A stretch of 64,000 bases of DNA from Candidatus Wirthbacteria bacterium (GTDB lineage: Bacteria > Patescibacteriota > CG2-30-54-11): positions 74,599 to 138,598 of the forward strand of contig CAISZI010000053.1 in the NCBI GenBank assembly GCA_903889905.1, in the 5' to 3' direction. Position 1 is the stretch's first letter. Each line of letters opens with the position of its first letter. Under the pieces are notes generated by a model. That model made no database searches. It was not told where the DNA came from and saw only the letters and a list, made by a program, of their open reading frames with translations. This document shows positions 49,730 through 60,096 of this stretch, piece after piece. The position numbers and the translations under genes were made by a program.

Positions 49730-51157
49730 ATGTCAGATACAACAGAATTCAGTCAAGATAAATCCCCTTTCCAGATCGACCGGTCGCGATTTGACCATGT
49801 CAATCAGGAACATTTGGCGTACAAGGCGCCGCTGGGATTGAGTGAAGAGCTGGTGCGGGATATTTCCAAAACCAAAGGTGAACCGGAATGGATGCTGGAG
49901 AAGCGGCTGGAGGGATTGCGGACATTCAACGCCATGCCGATCCCAACCTGGGGGCCGGATTTGAGCGATTTGGATTTGTCACAATTACACTTGTTTATGC
50001 GGCCCAAGGCCAAACAAAATGCCCGCAAGTGGGAAGATGTGCCCGAGGACATCCGTGGGACGTTTGATAAACTGGGCATTCCCGAAGCTGAGAAAAAGGC
50101 GCTGGCCGGTGTGGGTGCGCAGTACGAATCCGAAGTGGTGTATCACAATTTAAAAAAAGAATGGGAAGATCAGGGCGTGGTGTTTATGGACTGTGATGAA
50201 GGCCTGCGGACACATCCGGAAATGTTCCAGAAATACTTTATGACGAGCTGTATCCCGATTAATTTGCATAAATTTACGGCTTTGCACGCGGCTCTGTGGA
50301 GCGGCGGTACGTTTATTTATATTCCGCCCAAGGTCAAACTCGAGATTCCGCTGCAGGCGTATTTTCGCATGAACGCCAAACAGGGCGGGCAGTTTGAGCA
50401 TACGCTGATTATTGTGGACGAAGGCGCGGAGCTGCATTATATCGAAGGTTGCAGCGCGCCGCAGTACTTGTCCAATTCGCTGCACGCCGGCGGTGTGGAA
50501 ATCCATGTCATGAAAGGCGCCCGGGCGCGCTACTCCAGTATCGAAAACTGGTCCAAAAATACCTACAACCTCAACACCAAACGTGCTGTGGTCGCGGAAA
50601 GTGGCGTGATCGAATGGGTCAACGGCAACCTGGGTTCCAAAACGACCATGCTTTACCCGTGTTCCATTCTGATCGGAGATCGTTCGCGGTCGGATTATAT
50701 CGGCATTGCCTATGCCGGGGCAGGCCAAAATCAGGATACGGGCGCCAAGGTGATCCATGTGGGCAAAAACACCAGTTCCACCATCCAGGCCAAATCGATT
50801 TCGGCTTATGGCGGTATCACTACTTACCGTGGGCAACTCAGTGTCAAAAAAGGTGCGGTCAATGCCAAATCCAGCGTGCGTTGTGACGCCTTGATGATGG
50901 ACGACAAATCCAAATCCAACACCTATCCGTACATGGATATTCACCAGCCCAAAATTGACATCGCGCATGAAGCCACAGTGGGCAAGATTGGCTCGGAACA
51001 GATTTTTTACCTGATGAGCAGGGGACTGAGCGAAGATGAAGCGACCAAAATGATCGTCTCGGGCTTTATTGAACCGGTGGTGAAAGAGTTGCCGCTGGAA
51101 TACGCGGTGGAACTCAATCGTTTGATTGAATTAGAAATGGAAGGAAGCCTGGGTTGA
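49730..51157 (+). CDS. sufB: Fe-S cluster assembly protein SufB
   Basis: 475 aa, highly conserved SufB sequence. Confidence 0.9.
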   Translation: MSDTTEFSQDKSPFQIDRSRFDHVNQEHLAYKAPLGLSEELVRDISKTKGEPEWMLEKRLEGLRTFNAMPIPTWGPDLSDLDLSQLHLFMRPKAKQNARKWEDVPEDIRGTFDKLGIPEAEKKALAGVGAQYESEVVYHNLKKEWEDQGVVFMDCDEGLRTHPEMFQKYFMTSCIPINLHKFTALHAALWSGGTFIYIPPKVKLEIPLQAYFRMNAKQGGQFEHTLIIVDEGAELHYIEGCSAPQYLSNSLHAGGVEIHVMKGARARYSSIENWSKNTYNLNTKRAVVAESGVIEWVNGNLGSKTTMLYPCSILIGDRSRSDYIGIAYAGAGQNQDTGAKVIHVGKNTSSTIQAKSISAYGGITTYRGQLSVKKGAVNAKSSVRCDALMMDDKSKSNTYPYMDIHQPKIDIAHEATVGKIGSEQIFYLMSRGLSEDEATKMIVSGFIEPVVKELPLEYAVELNRLIELEMEGSLG

Positions 51158-52359
51158 TGGAACTTTTTGCCACACACTTGGCGGCTTTGCAAAAAATCAC
51201 TGAACCAGATTTTCTGGTCGGGTTTCGTTTGGAGTCATTGGCGCGCTTGCAACAATCGTCGCCGGTTAACTTCCGCCAGGGACTGAATATCGCGGTGGAA
51301 CCGAAGGACTGGGATTTGGGAGCGCTGCTGGACGGCCTGGGACAGAGCGAGGTTGACGTCAACTTACCGGAAGTCGGCGGTGTGCAAGTCAGTCATTTTA
51401 AACTCTGGCAAATAAAACAGCCTGAAACTTTATATCAACTTTGGCAACGCTTCCAGGATCCCTTTTGGGCCAGAGAAAGCGACAAGGAACAGCTTTGGTG
51501 GATGCAGCAGACATTTGTTGATGAAATTGTTTACGTCCACATCGACCGGCGGGTGGCCTCAGACGAACCGATTGTGATCAAACACAAAGTTCAAGCTGCG
51601 CCACTGCGGACCGCTTTTTGGATCGAGGCGGAAGCCATGAGCCAGGTGTCGGTGGTGATTGAGAAGTCTGGCAAATCGCAAGGGTTGATTATGGATGACA
51701 TCCGCGTTTTGGCAGACGACGAGGCGACATTGGATCTGTCCACGATCCAGGATTATGCATTGCGAGATACGCTCATCGTCCAGTTCCGCCAGGCACGCAT
51801 TGGCCAAAACGCGCATGTTGGCCTGACTGATGTGGTCATGGGCGGCAGTTTCGTAAAATCTTCGCAGGTTACCAGTTTGGGAAAACCCGGCGCCTCTGCG
51901 TTGAACACCGTTTTGTACCTGGGCGAACAGGAGCAGCGGTTTGATCTGTTTACCGGATCGCGCCATCTGGCGCCCAATACCGTGTCGAATATTTATACCA
52001 AAGGCGTAGTCAACCACCAGGCCAAGGCCCTTAGCCGTGGCATGATCCAGATTGCCGCAGCGGCTGGTGGCTCCAATGGTTACGAAAAACAGGATGCACT
52101 GATGATCGGTTCCGCCTGCGAAGCCGACGCCATTCCGATGCTCCAGATCGATAACCACGACGTCAAATGCAGTCACGGTTCCACCATCGGCCAGCTCGAT
52201 AGCGACAAAATGTATTACCTCCAGTCGCGTGGACTTGATGCCACGTCAGCACAACAAATGGTGGTGCAGGGGTATTTTGAACCGCTGCTGCAGGAAGTGG
52301 CAGACAGCCGCATGCGAACCTTGGTACATAAAAAAGTAAAAAAGGTGACCCGGCCATGA
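51154..52359 (+). CDS. sufD: Fe-S cluster assembly protein SufD
   Basis: SufB/D-fold C-terminal region. Its start overlaps the sufB stop. Confidence 0.8.
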   Translation: MMELFATHLAALQKITEPDFLVGFRLESLARLQQSSPVNFRQGLNIAVEPKDWDLGALLDGLGQSEVDVNLPEVGGVQVSHFKLWQIKQPETLYQLWQRFQDPFWARESDKEQLWWMQQTFVDEIVYVHIDRRVASDEPIVIKHKVQAAPLRTAFWIEAEAMSQVSVVIEKSGKSQGLIMDDIRVLADDEATLDLSTIQDYALRDTLIVQFRQARIGQNAHVGLTDVVMGGSFVKSSQVTSLGKPGASALNTVLYLGEQEQRFDLFTGSRHLAPNTVSNIYTKGVVNHQAKALSRGMIQIAAAAGGSNGYEKQDALMIGSACEADAIPMLQIDNHDVKCSHGSTIGQLDSDKMYYLQSRGLDATSAQQMVVQGYFEPLLQEVADSRMRTLVHKKVKKVTRP

Positions 52360-53582
52360 CCATGGATAATCAGCAGGCGCATCTGCTCAAATCTGACTTT
52401 CCGATTTTGAATACTGCATACAAGGGCCGCAAGGTCGTTTACCTCGATAGTGGCGCCACGTCCCAAAAGCCCCAGGTTGTGATCGACGCCATCAACCAGT
52501 ATTACCGCTTGGAAAACGCCAATATCCATCGCGGTATTTATCGCCTCAGCGAAACTGCCACCCGTATCTGGAGCGAGGCGCATGAGGTGGTGGCCAGGTT
52601 GATCGGGGCCAAGGCAGAGGAAGTTATTTTTACCCGCAATACCACCGAAGCCTTGAATCTTTTGTCTTATACCTTGTTACCACTTTTGCAGGGCCGTACG
52701 GAGATTGTGGCGGGAGCTATGGAGCATCACGCCAACCTCGTTCCCTGGCAGCAAATGGCCAAACGGCACGGGTTGACGCTCAAAATCATCCCCATGCTCG
52801 CCGATTTCACGCTGGATATGACTGCCGCGCAACAATTGATCGGATCCAAGACGGCGATCGTTGCGATTGGCCATGTGTCCAATGCGCTGGGGACTATTCA
52901 TGACGTTCACAAACTGTTTGCCTGGGCCAAAGCCTTGGGCGCTTTGACGGTGTTGGACGCCGCCCAGAGCGCGCCACATCTGAACCTTGATGTGGGTAAA
53001 ATTGGGGCTGATTTTGCCGCCTTGAGTGCGCACAAAATGCTGGGACCAACCGGCCTTGGCTTTTTGTATGGCCGCCGTGACTTGCTGGAACAAATGCAGC
53101 CGTGGCAGTTTGGTGGCGACATGATCGCGGAAGTCAGTTACGATGATGCCAAGTGGAATGAACTGCCAATGAAGTTTGAGGCGGGCACACCCCATATTGC
53201 GGGAGCGGCCGGGATTGTGGCTGCAATTGGCTATTTGAAGTCGGTTGGCCTGGAGGCGATTGGTGCCTGGGAGAAGGAATTGTTGAAATACGCGATTGCT
53301 GAGCTTGGCGATGTGCCAGGTATTAAATTATATTCAGCTGGCGAGCAGCGTTCGGCTGGCATCCTTTCTTTTACTTTGGCGACCGTACATCCCCATGACC
53401 TGGCGTCGCTGCTGAGCGATGATGAGATTTGCGTGCGGGCCGGGCATCATTGTGCCATGCCGCTGATGGGCAGGCTTGGGGTAAGCGCCACAGCGCGGGC
53501 GAGTTTTTATTTGTATAATACGTTTGAAGATGTGGACATGCTTAAAGTTGGGTTGATCAAGGCGGTGGAGTTGTTTGGGTGA
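52356..53582 (+). CDS. sufS: Cysteine desulfurase SufS
   Basis: Class II aminotransferase fold. PLP Lys context SAHKMLGPTG. Active-site Cys loop RAGHHCA. Confidence 0.9.
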   Translation: MTMDNQQAHLLKSDFPILNTAYKGRKVVYLDSGATSQKPQVVIDAINQYYRLENANIHRGIYRLSETATRIWSEAHEVVARLIGAKAEEVIFTRNTTEALNLLSYTLLPLLQGRTEIVAGAMEHHANLVPWQQMAKRHGLTLKIIPMLADFTLDMTAAQQLIGSKTAIVAIGHVSNALGTIHDVHKLFAWAKALGALTVLDAAQSAPHLNLDVGKIGADFAALSAHKMLGPTGLGFLYGRRDLLEQMQPWQFGGDMIAEVSYDDAKWNELPMKFEAGTPHIAGAAGIVAAIGYLKSVGLEAIGAWEKELLKYAIAELGDVPGIKLYSAGEQRSAGILSFTLATVHPHDLASLLSDDEICVRAGHHCAMPLMGRLGVSATARASFYLYNTFEDVDMLKVGLIKAVELFG

Positions 53583-53675
53583 GGAGAAATAACGCCCCCT
53601 ACCCCCTCTTATTTTAAGAGGGGGTAAGAATTGGACATGTCCCTCCTTTTTAAAGGAGGCTAGGAGGATTTTCTC

Positions 53676-54059
53676 ATGGACGACGTGCTTTCGCGGCAGA
53701 TGTATCAGGAAAATATTCTGGAGCATTACAAAAAGCCCCAGAATTTTGGGCATTTGGCCAAACCAACGCACTTGTATCACAGTCACAATCCTCTTTGCGG
53801 TGATGATCTGACGATTGAGATTGCGGTTGTCGATGGAAAAGTTTCAGATGTACGTTTTAGCGGTGTGGGTTGTGCGATTTCGGTAGCATCGGCATCGATG
53901 TTGACTGATGAGATCAAGGGCAAGTCTGTGGAAGCAGTAATGCAAATGACTAAGGATGACGTGCTTGAGCTTCTGCAGATTCCGATTGGGCCGGTACGGC
54001 TCAAATGTGCGTTGTTGAGTTTGGAGACGGTGCAGAAGGCGGTGGGGGGAGGAGAGTAA
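53676..54059 (+). CDS. sufU: SUF system Fe-S scaffold/sulfur-transfer protein SufU (NifU-like)
   Basis: Three conserved Cys (CGDDL, GCAIS, C at C-terminus). Confidence 0.85.
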   Translation: MDDVLSRQMYQENILEHYKKPQNFGHLAKPTHLYHSHNPLCGDDLTIEIAVVDGKVSDVRFSGVGCAISVASASMLTDEIKGKSVEAVMQMTKDDVLELLQIPIGPVRLKCALLSLETVQKAVGGGE

Positions 54060-54251
54060 CGCCCCCTGCCCCCTCTTATGCACAGCACGTCGATGACTCC
54101 AGCCCTAAGTGGGGGTGGGAAAGATTGTGCCTCTCATTAACATTGATGTCATGCTGAACTCGATTCAGCATCTAATCTTTTCTGAAAAAAGTTTAAATCA
54201 GATCCCGAATCGAGTTCGGGATGACATCCAGGATATTAATCAGGACAAAAA

Positions 54252-54995
54252 ATGTCATTTATTGAAATCCGTGACCTGCATGCCGAGATCGATGGCAAAG
54301 AAATTATTAAGGGCATCAACCTCAAACTCGAACAAGGCAAAGTGAACGCGCTGATGGGCCCCAATGGCAGTGGCAAAAGTACGCTGTCGAATGTGCTGAT
54401 GGGTAGCCCGGAATATCTGGTCACCCAGGGCACAATTCTGTTTGACGGCCAGGACATCACAGCGCTGGAACCCGATGCACGGGCACGGCTTGGTATCTTT
54501 TTGTCCTTCCAGTACCCAAGCGAAATTCCCGGCGTGACGATCAGCAATTTTATGCGCACAGCCATGAACGCGGTGCGTGTTGACGAGAAAAAGCTATCGT
54601 TGGTGGATTTCCGCAAACAACTGACCGACACCATGAAACTGCTCCATATGGACCCGGACATGATGAGCCGCTATCTCAACGAAGGCTTTAGCGGTGGTGA
54701 GAAAAAGCGCGCCGAAATTTTACAACTCCTGATGCTCAATCCGAAATTTGCCATTCTGGACGAGACGGACTCCGGGCTGGATGTCGATGCTTTAAGGGTT
54801 GTTGCCGAAGGTGTGAATCACTTTTTGAACAAGGACAAGTGCGTGCTGATCATCACGCACTACAAACGTATCCTGGAATACATCAAACCTGACCATGTAT
54901 TTATTATGACCGATGGCAAAATCGCCATGGAAGGCGAAGGCGACCTGGTGGACAAGCTTGAGGACCAGGGGTATGGGTGGATTACGGAAGCGTAG
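54252..54995 (+). CDS. sufC: Fe-S cluster assembly ATPase SufC
   Basis: Walker A GPNGSGKST, ABC signature LNEGFSGGEKKR, Walker B ILDETDSGLD. Confidence 0.9.
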   Translation: MSFIEIRDLHAEIDGKEIIKGINLKLEQGKVNALMGPNGSGKSTLSNVLMGSPEYLVTQGTILFDGQDITALEPDARARLGIFLSFQYPSEIPGVTISNFMRTAMNAVRVDEKKLSLVDFRKQLTDTMKLLHMDPDMMSRYLNEGFSGGEKKRAEILQLLMLNPKFAILDETDSGLDVDALRVVAEGVNHFLNKDKCVLIITHYKRILEYIKPDHVFIMTDGKIAMEGEGDLVDKLEDQGYGWITEA

Positions 54996-55022
54996 GGAAT
55001 TAAAGTTAACGCGTAAAGATAG

Positions 55023-55048
55023 AGACGGACCAGGGGGTCCGTTTTTTG
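55023..55048 (+). terminator. Rho-independent terminator after sufC
   Basis: gacggacc-aggg-ggtccg followed by T6. Confidence 0.75.
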
Positions 55049-55434
55049 ATTGTCATATCCCGAAGTGGCAGCCCTTGCGGCTGGCAGATTGGGCAAATTC
55101 GGGAGGGCGACCGCAAGGGGCGCCCCTACGGGCCCTGACGGAAACTGTCATTCCATGGTACAATTATTATTCTCCATGCTTCATGGGCAATACGCTTGCT
55201 CAGGTGGAAATTGGAGAAAAGCACCTTAACTTTCCGGATAGACCAACAAATCCAGAGCGAAGGCATCAGCTGCGTCAAATGTGGCGGGTTGATGGCTTCG
55301 CTTTGGTGTGGGACTCAAGTCTCATGAGGGCCAAGGCAAAGATAGCAAAATCGGTTCTCCCAGCTGGGAGAACTGAAATCGTTGGTGACGGCTGTGTGGG
55401 CCGCACCATAAGGAGGTGGAAAATAGAAGGAAAA

Positions 55435-55575
55435 ATGCCCCGAATAGTGTCGGGGTTAATCCTCAGCGTTTTTTGCGCCGGAAGTTTTGTTGTCGCGGTT
55501 GCGACAACTCCAGGCGCAGCTGTTGTTGGGATGATTTTTGCCGTTTGGGCGACCCTTGTATTCAAGGGAGACTAA
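55435..55575 (+). CDS. Small hydrophobic protein (46 aa). Alternatively a longer ORF from 55183
   Basis: RBS aaggagg/gaagg upstream of the ATG at 55435. Single TM helix. Weak evidence. Confidence 0.35.
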   Translation: MPRIVSGLILSVFCAGSFVVAVATTPGAAVVGMIFAVWATLVFKGD

Positions 55576-55669
55576 CCGGCAAAAATCAGGGGCTCCCTCG
55601 CCCCAAAAGTCGAAACCCTTTTCCCCGGGGTTTGTCGGGGTGGTCTATTCGCAGAGTAAAGTTTCGGTC

Positions 55670-55709
55670 GGGGCCTGAATGCAGCAATGCATTCAGGCCC
55701 CTTTTTTTT
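55670..55709 (+). terminator. Rho-independent terminator
   Basis: ggggcctgaatgca-gcaa-tgcattcaggcccc followed by T8. Confidence 0.75.
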
Positions 55710-55770
55710 GTTCCAAAAAGGACGCGGGTGTCTACCCAGCGTCCTTCTGTTTTGAGATGGCTAAGATAAA

Positions 55771-57285
55771 TTAGCGACTACTTGCCTGATAAGTTGTACT
55801 GGCGACGGGTTTGCCAGTTTGGTCAATGACTTTGATGCTAAGGCCGCCGGTTTTGGGTAGCAGATGCTTAGCCACCGTGATGACTTCATAGGGATTGGTC
55901 GCCACTTGCGTCACCATGTCGGCGCGGAGTGGAGTGGTGAGCTCGACTTTGACTGTGAGCGTGGTGCCATGCAGGTCGGTTTCGGTGGTCTGGATGCGAT
56001 AGCCGCCGGTGGCCTGACGGCCTTGCAGCAGCAGCAGGACAAGATTGGTATTGAAATCGGTGGGTTGGAGGAAGTTGATGAGCGGATTCACGGTCGCACT
56101 GGTTGGATTGTCATTCAGCACCTGAACGGCAGGTGTGCCAAGGTTGTAATCAAAGGGTGAATGGGCACCATAACGTAGGCTGGTGAACTTGATCGCGTCT
56201 GGCGAAGGGGGTGGTTTGATCGGTGTGTCGTTGCTGTTTGCGGCAGGCTGAGTCGGGCTCGACGAAACGTAGGCATTTAACCGTTGCAGCGTGATATTGC
56301 CAAGTCCGGCGTGCAGCGTGAGGTCGAGCTGGTTTTTGGCATTGGTATAATTGCTGGTTTCATAGTCGCCATTGGGTTGTTTTTTGAGGTCAGAGGGCAG
56401 GGACAAACTGGTCAAGCCACCCTGGTAATGCAATCTAACCGCCAGCTCCTGCGGCAGGTTGAGGGTCAAGCTGGCGGCACCCAGGCTGATCGCGGCGGTG
56501 ATTTTGCCGGATTTGAGACCAAACTGGATGTCGGTGGTGGCGGCCCCCATGCTGACGTTGAGTGTTTGCAGGTTGAGGTCATGTAAATCAAGGTGATTGG
56601 TGGACGCACCGGTTTTGAGGGTCAGGTCCAGCGGCAGCGTCTGGTTTATGTTCAGCATCCAGTTGAGGTTGCCTGAGATAAGTGGCAAGACATTCGTAAG
56701 CGATAGTGGATCGGCAGAGGCGTTGATGCTGGTGGTGGAGCCTTCGGTCACGTTGATGGTTGGCAAGGCAAAGGTGCTGGAAGTCTCGCTCACGTCGGCT
56801 GTCACCATGGTTTGGGTGCCTGCCATGGTCAGCGTTCCCATGCCAAACTCCACATTGGCAGTGATTGCCTTGGCCGCATCGGGTAGCGCGTGTTCGACGT
56901 GGTTGGTGACCAGGGTATTGTCCTGAGGGAGACCGCTATCGTTCAACGTCACATGATCGGCAAACACCCGGAGGGGGCCGTTTTGCCAGTACTGAGTGGG
57001 ACTGAGCATTTGATTGGCTGCCACGCCTACACCGGCATAGATCAACAGTAACGACAGCAGGAGCCATGATCCCAGCGTCCTCAGGCTGGTACCGCGGGTG
57101 ATCAGGTTGAGTCCGATGGCCAGAAAGACCACGGGCCAGAACAGGACTGCGGAGAGCAGGTACGTGGCGTTGAGCACGTTGAAATTGATGAGCAGGAAGA
57201 GGATACCAATTGTTATCAGGCTGATGCCGGTGATAATTTTGTGGCGAGGCATTTGTTTTGCTCCAGTTAATAGCGGTTGACCCAA
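55771..57285 (-). CDS. Membrane-anchored protein with DUF4097 ('toastrack')-like repeats and a C-terminal PrcB-like domain
   Basis: N-terminal TM helices. Thr/Leu-rich beta-repeat region. C-terminal VLLLLQGRQATGGYRIQ motif resembles PrcB_C as I remember it. Not verified. Confidence 0.6.
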   Translation of the reverse strand: MGQPLLTGAKQMPRHKIITGISLITIGILFLLINFNVLNATYLLSAVLFWPVVFLAIGLNLITRGTSLRTLGSWLLLSLLLIYAGVGVAANQMLSPTQYWQNGPLRVFADHVTLNDSGLPQDNTLVTNHVEHALPDAAKAITANVEFGMGTLTMAGTQTMVTADVSETSSTFALPTINVTEGSTTSINASADPLSLTNVLPLISGNLNWMLNINQTLPLDLTLKTGASTNHLDLHDLNLQTLNVSMGAATTDIQFGLKSGKITAAISLGAASLTLNLPQELAVRLHYQGGLTSLSLPSDLKKQPNGDYETSNYTNAKNQLDLTLHAGLGNITLQRLNAYVSSSPTQPAANSNDTPIKPPPSPDAIKFTSLRYGAHSPFDYNLGTPAVQVLNDNPTSATVNPLINFLQPTDFNTNLVLLLLQGRQATGGYRIQTTETDLHGTTLTVKVELTTPLRADMVTQVATNPYEVITVAKHLLPKTGGLSIKVIDQTGKPVASTTYQASSR

Positions 57286-57354
57286 AAATCAACAGCAAAA
57301 GAGTAAAACAAATAGCACGGAGAATCAATATAACCAGAAATTGTGCACTACAGA

Positions 57355-58650
57355 TTAGAGTTTGTCATGGTCCTGATAAAATCTGGCCAGTTTGGCCACG
57401 GAATATCCATAAAACGTGCTGCGGTTGTATCCCCAACAGGCGGGAATGATGTGGTATTGAGTGCTGTGTGCCTCAAACAGGCTTAAGTCCGGCGTTTCAC
57501 CAGACCAGAACACCGGCCAGTTGGTCGTTTGCGTGGCATAGAGGTTGTCGATTGTCTGCAAGTAGTTGCGAACACCCAGCGACGACACCCATAAATGCAC
57601 CGCAATGCCGGCAATGCCATCGTAGGTGTCGTAGGTGTTGAAATCGTTGGGAAGCAGGAATTTGTGTTCAAACAGGGAAATCGTACCGGGACAGAAATTG
57701 CCCCAGCCCTGGCAATTGGTCGGAGATACCATGGACAGGCCCTGTTTGGACTCAATCGTGGCCACGGCCATCAGCACATAGCGGGAAACGCCATAAACAT
57801 GTTCGACGTATTCATACATCGGCGCCATGTGCGCGGGTATTTTCATAATCACAAAACCACCTTCAATGCGTTCTACTCTGCCATTGCTGTCAGTCCAGGG
57901 GATTGCCGTTGGGGCGTAAAGCGGAGAAAGGGATTTGTGCACCACATTGTCGAGCCAGGTTTCGTCTGGGCGATGTTGTTTGAAGTAGTCCGAGGATGCG
58001 ACGTCTTTGTTGTCCATTGCCGCCACTTCAGGCATGGCGCTGTCGGCAAAGGTATTAAAATGTTCTAGTGGTGGGGGTGGTAAGGATACCGGTTGCGCTG
58101 CGGAGATCTGTTGCTTTTCCGTTTTGGCGACGAACAAAGAAAATTGTGTCATTCCGTTCGTAATGATTTGGGCCACTGTCGGTTCGGTGGTAAAGCTGTC
58201 GAAGGTCATAAGCGAGCGCGTATTGTCAGCGGTGGGCGAGGCATGCACCAGGAATGGTGGTGCCAGGAAGGTCAGGATGGCCACGAGCAGGGCACTGTAG
58301 GCAAGTTTGGGCGCCAGCTGTAAATAGTGGTAAATAAAATGCAGTTCGCGATTCAATTCAAGCGTGGAGCGTTTGAGCTTATTGGCAAGGCGGCGGATGG
58401 GCACGGCTTCCCAGCAATGATGCACCGGATAGCCAGCCCGGTGATACCAGGCGTTTAGTTTGGGTTGAGTCAAACACAGGACTTGCGGCAGACGGCGCAG
58501 ATTGAGCACCTGTGAACCGTCGTTGCGGGTGTGACGTGCAAGATCCACAAGTCGTGGTCGCGGGCAATAGGTACGCGCAAAAATACCCCCCAGGCTTTGT
58601 GGGGCGTAGAGGTTTTTGGTGTTGGTATTAAATTGGATGTGCAGACCCAT
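57355..58650 (-). CDS. Hypothetical membrane protein, possibly a cell-wall hydrolase
   Basis: TM segment. C-terminal Trp/Tyr-rich domain. VATIESKQG is weakly reminiscent of a lytic transglycosylase motif. Confidence 0.5.
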   Translation of the reverse strand: MGLHIQFNTNTKNLYAPQSLGGIFARTYCPRPRLVDLARHTRNDGSQVLNLRRLPQVLCLTQPKLNAWYHRAGYPVHHCWEAVPIRRLANKLKRSTLELNRELHFIYHYLQLAPKLAYSALLVAILTFLAPPFLVHASPTADNTRSLMTFDSFTTEPTVAQIITNGMTQFSLFVAKTEKQQISAAQPVSLPPPPLEHFNTFADSAMPEVAAMDNKDVASSDYFKQHRPDETWLDNVVHKSLSPLYAPTAIPWTDSNGRVERIEGGFVIMKIPAHMAPMYEYVEHVYGVSRYVLMAVATIESKQGLSMVSPTNCQGWGNFCPGTISLFEHKFLLPNDFNTYDTYDGIAGIAVHLWVSSLGVRNYLQTIDNLYATQTTNWPVFWSGETPDLSLFEAHSTQYHIIPACWGYNRSTFYGYSVAKLARFYQDHDKL

Positions 58651-59042
58651 GTTTTGTGGTTCGATTTACGATTTTGGTAAATCATAATATTATACCATAA
58701 ATGTCTGCTTTGTGAAGCTAATGGCAATGCGCCAGTTTTGTCTTTATCTTTGCTCCAAAAGGTTTTCTCGAGGCCTGGCCTGTTTGATAAGACATATTCT
58801 GGTATTCGATAAATATTCGTGTTTCAAAACATACACGAAGAGCAAAGCCTTTTATTACCTTTTATTTGCAATGCTTTTAGAAGGTGTGGACATTATTGAT
58901 CGATTTATTGATGGGTAATTGAATGGCAGTCTGAGTATGCATGTCTGACCTTCGTCGCGGTGAATTGATTGATTGGTTTGGGGAAGGAATAGGTTTGCGT
59001 TCGTGGTCTCAACCAGCTACAATCCGGATCAAGGAGGAGGCT

Positions 59043-59996
59043 ATGCTCAGAAGCACGGACAAGCACAAAACAAGCGCGTGGATCGGTTTGGGATTATTGA
59101 TCGGAGCTGTGGTCCTGCGTCTGGTGATGATGCCGTGGCTGACACGTATCCCGAGTCAGTTCAGCCGGACAGTCAATTTGAGCGGCGATGTGACTTTGTT
59201 TGATCTGATCGCGGCCAAGCATTACCCGATCAACGCCACTGTCAAGGTGGAAGCGATTGGGTCAGATGGTAACAATGTCAAAATTCATGAAACCGTCAGT
59301 TTTAACTCGTTGTTCAGTTCTCAGTCGCTATTGCTCAAAGAAGCGGTTGACACGTTATTGAATCAAGCAGCGATCAAGAATGAATACTGGAGCAAGCTGG
59401 GACTACTACTTGGGACGGACACGGTCGACAAGACGTTCTGGGTCGATGGTTTGAAGGCAACCTATATCTCACCGGCCGAAGCCAATCAGGATTATTGGAC
59501 GCTGCCACCTGGGCAGGCCCATAAGTCCAGTTATGCTATTTACGATGGTATTTCCAACTCGACCACACAGTTGAGTTTTGCCGGCAGTGAAAAAGTTGAC
59601 CGTATTAATACCTATGCCTACAAAGCAACGTTTGGTACCTATGGACTGGGCAGTGTCTCGATTCCCCAGGCCAGGCAAAGCGTTAGTCTAAATGCTGACG
59701 GTGAGCTAAAACTCAACGTGGAAGAACTCAGCAGTTATCCGGTAAGTGCCAGTCTGGCCATCAATCTCTACGCTCAGGTTGGCGGCCTCAAGGTCAATGT
59801 GCTGCGTGTCGACTTTGCCACGCCAGCGAGCACCATCAAAGCGCAAGCCGAGACTGCCTGGTGGGCAGCCGTGGGGATGGTTCTAGGCAACTGGATTCTG
59901 CCGATTGGCTTATTAATCGCCGGGTTGTTTCTGTTAATGCGTTCACGCCGCAAAACAACGATCCACCCATCTCGAAAAAGGTTCCACAAGGCTTAG
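59043..59996 (+). CDS. Hypothetical membrane protein with N- and C-terminal TM segments
   Basis: Strong RBS aggagg before the ATG at 59043; the track ORF began at 58941. C-terminal hydrophobic helix plus RSRRK. Confidence 0.6.
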   Translation: MLRSTDKHKTSAWIGLGLLIGAVVLRLVMMPWLTRIPSQFSRTVNLSGDVTLFDLIAAKHYPINATVKVEAIGSDGNNVKIHETVSFNSLFSSQSLLLKEAVDTLLNQAAIKNEYWSKLGLLLGTDTVDKTFWVDGLKATYISPAEANQDYWTLPPGQAHKSSYAIYDGISNSTTQLSFAGSEKVDRINTYAYKATFGTYGLGSVSIPQARQSVSLNADGELKLNVEELSSYPVSASLAINLYAQVGGLKVNVLRVDFATPASTIKAQAETAWWAAVGMVLGNWILPIGLLIAGLFLLMRSRRKTTIHPSRKRFHKA

Positions 59997-60063
59997 GCAC
60001 GAAAATCAGGCGATTTCGTGTTTTGCTTGAGAGCGCCGGTGATGGGATCGATTGTCTGATGGA

Positions 60064-60096
60064 GTCTCGACAAAAGCCTTTTGGTCGAGACTTTTT
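60064..60096 (+). terminator. Rho-independent terminator
   Basis: gtctcgacaaaag-cc-ttttggtcgagac followed by T5. Confidence 0.75.

Noticed and set aside
54913-55434. N-terminal part of the 220-aa ORF that overlaps the sufC 3' end and its terminator
   Set aside because: It overlaps sufC and spans a strong rho-independent terminator. Only the downstream small hydrophobic ORF has an RBS, so the start was moved to 55435 (low confidence).
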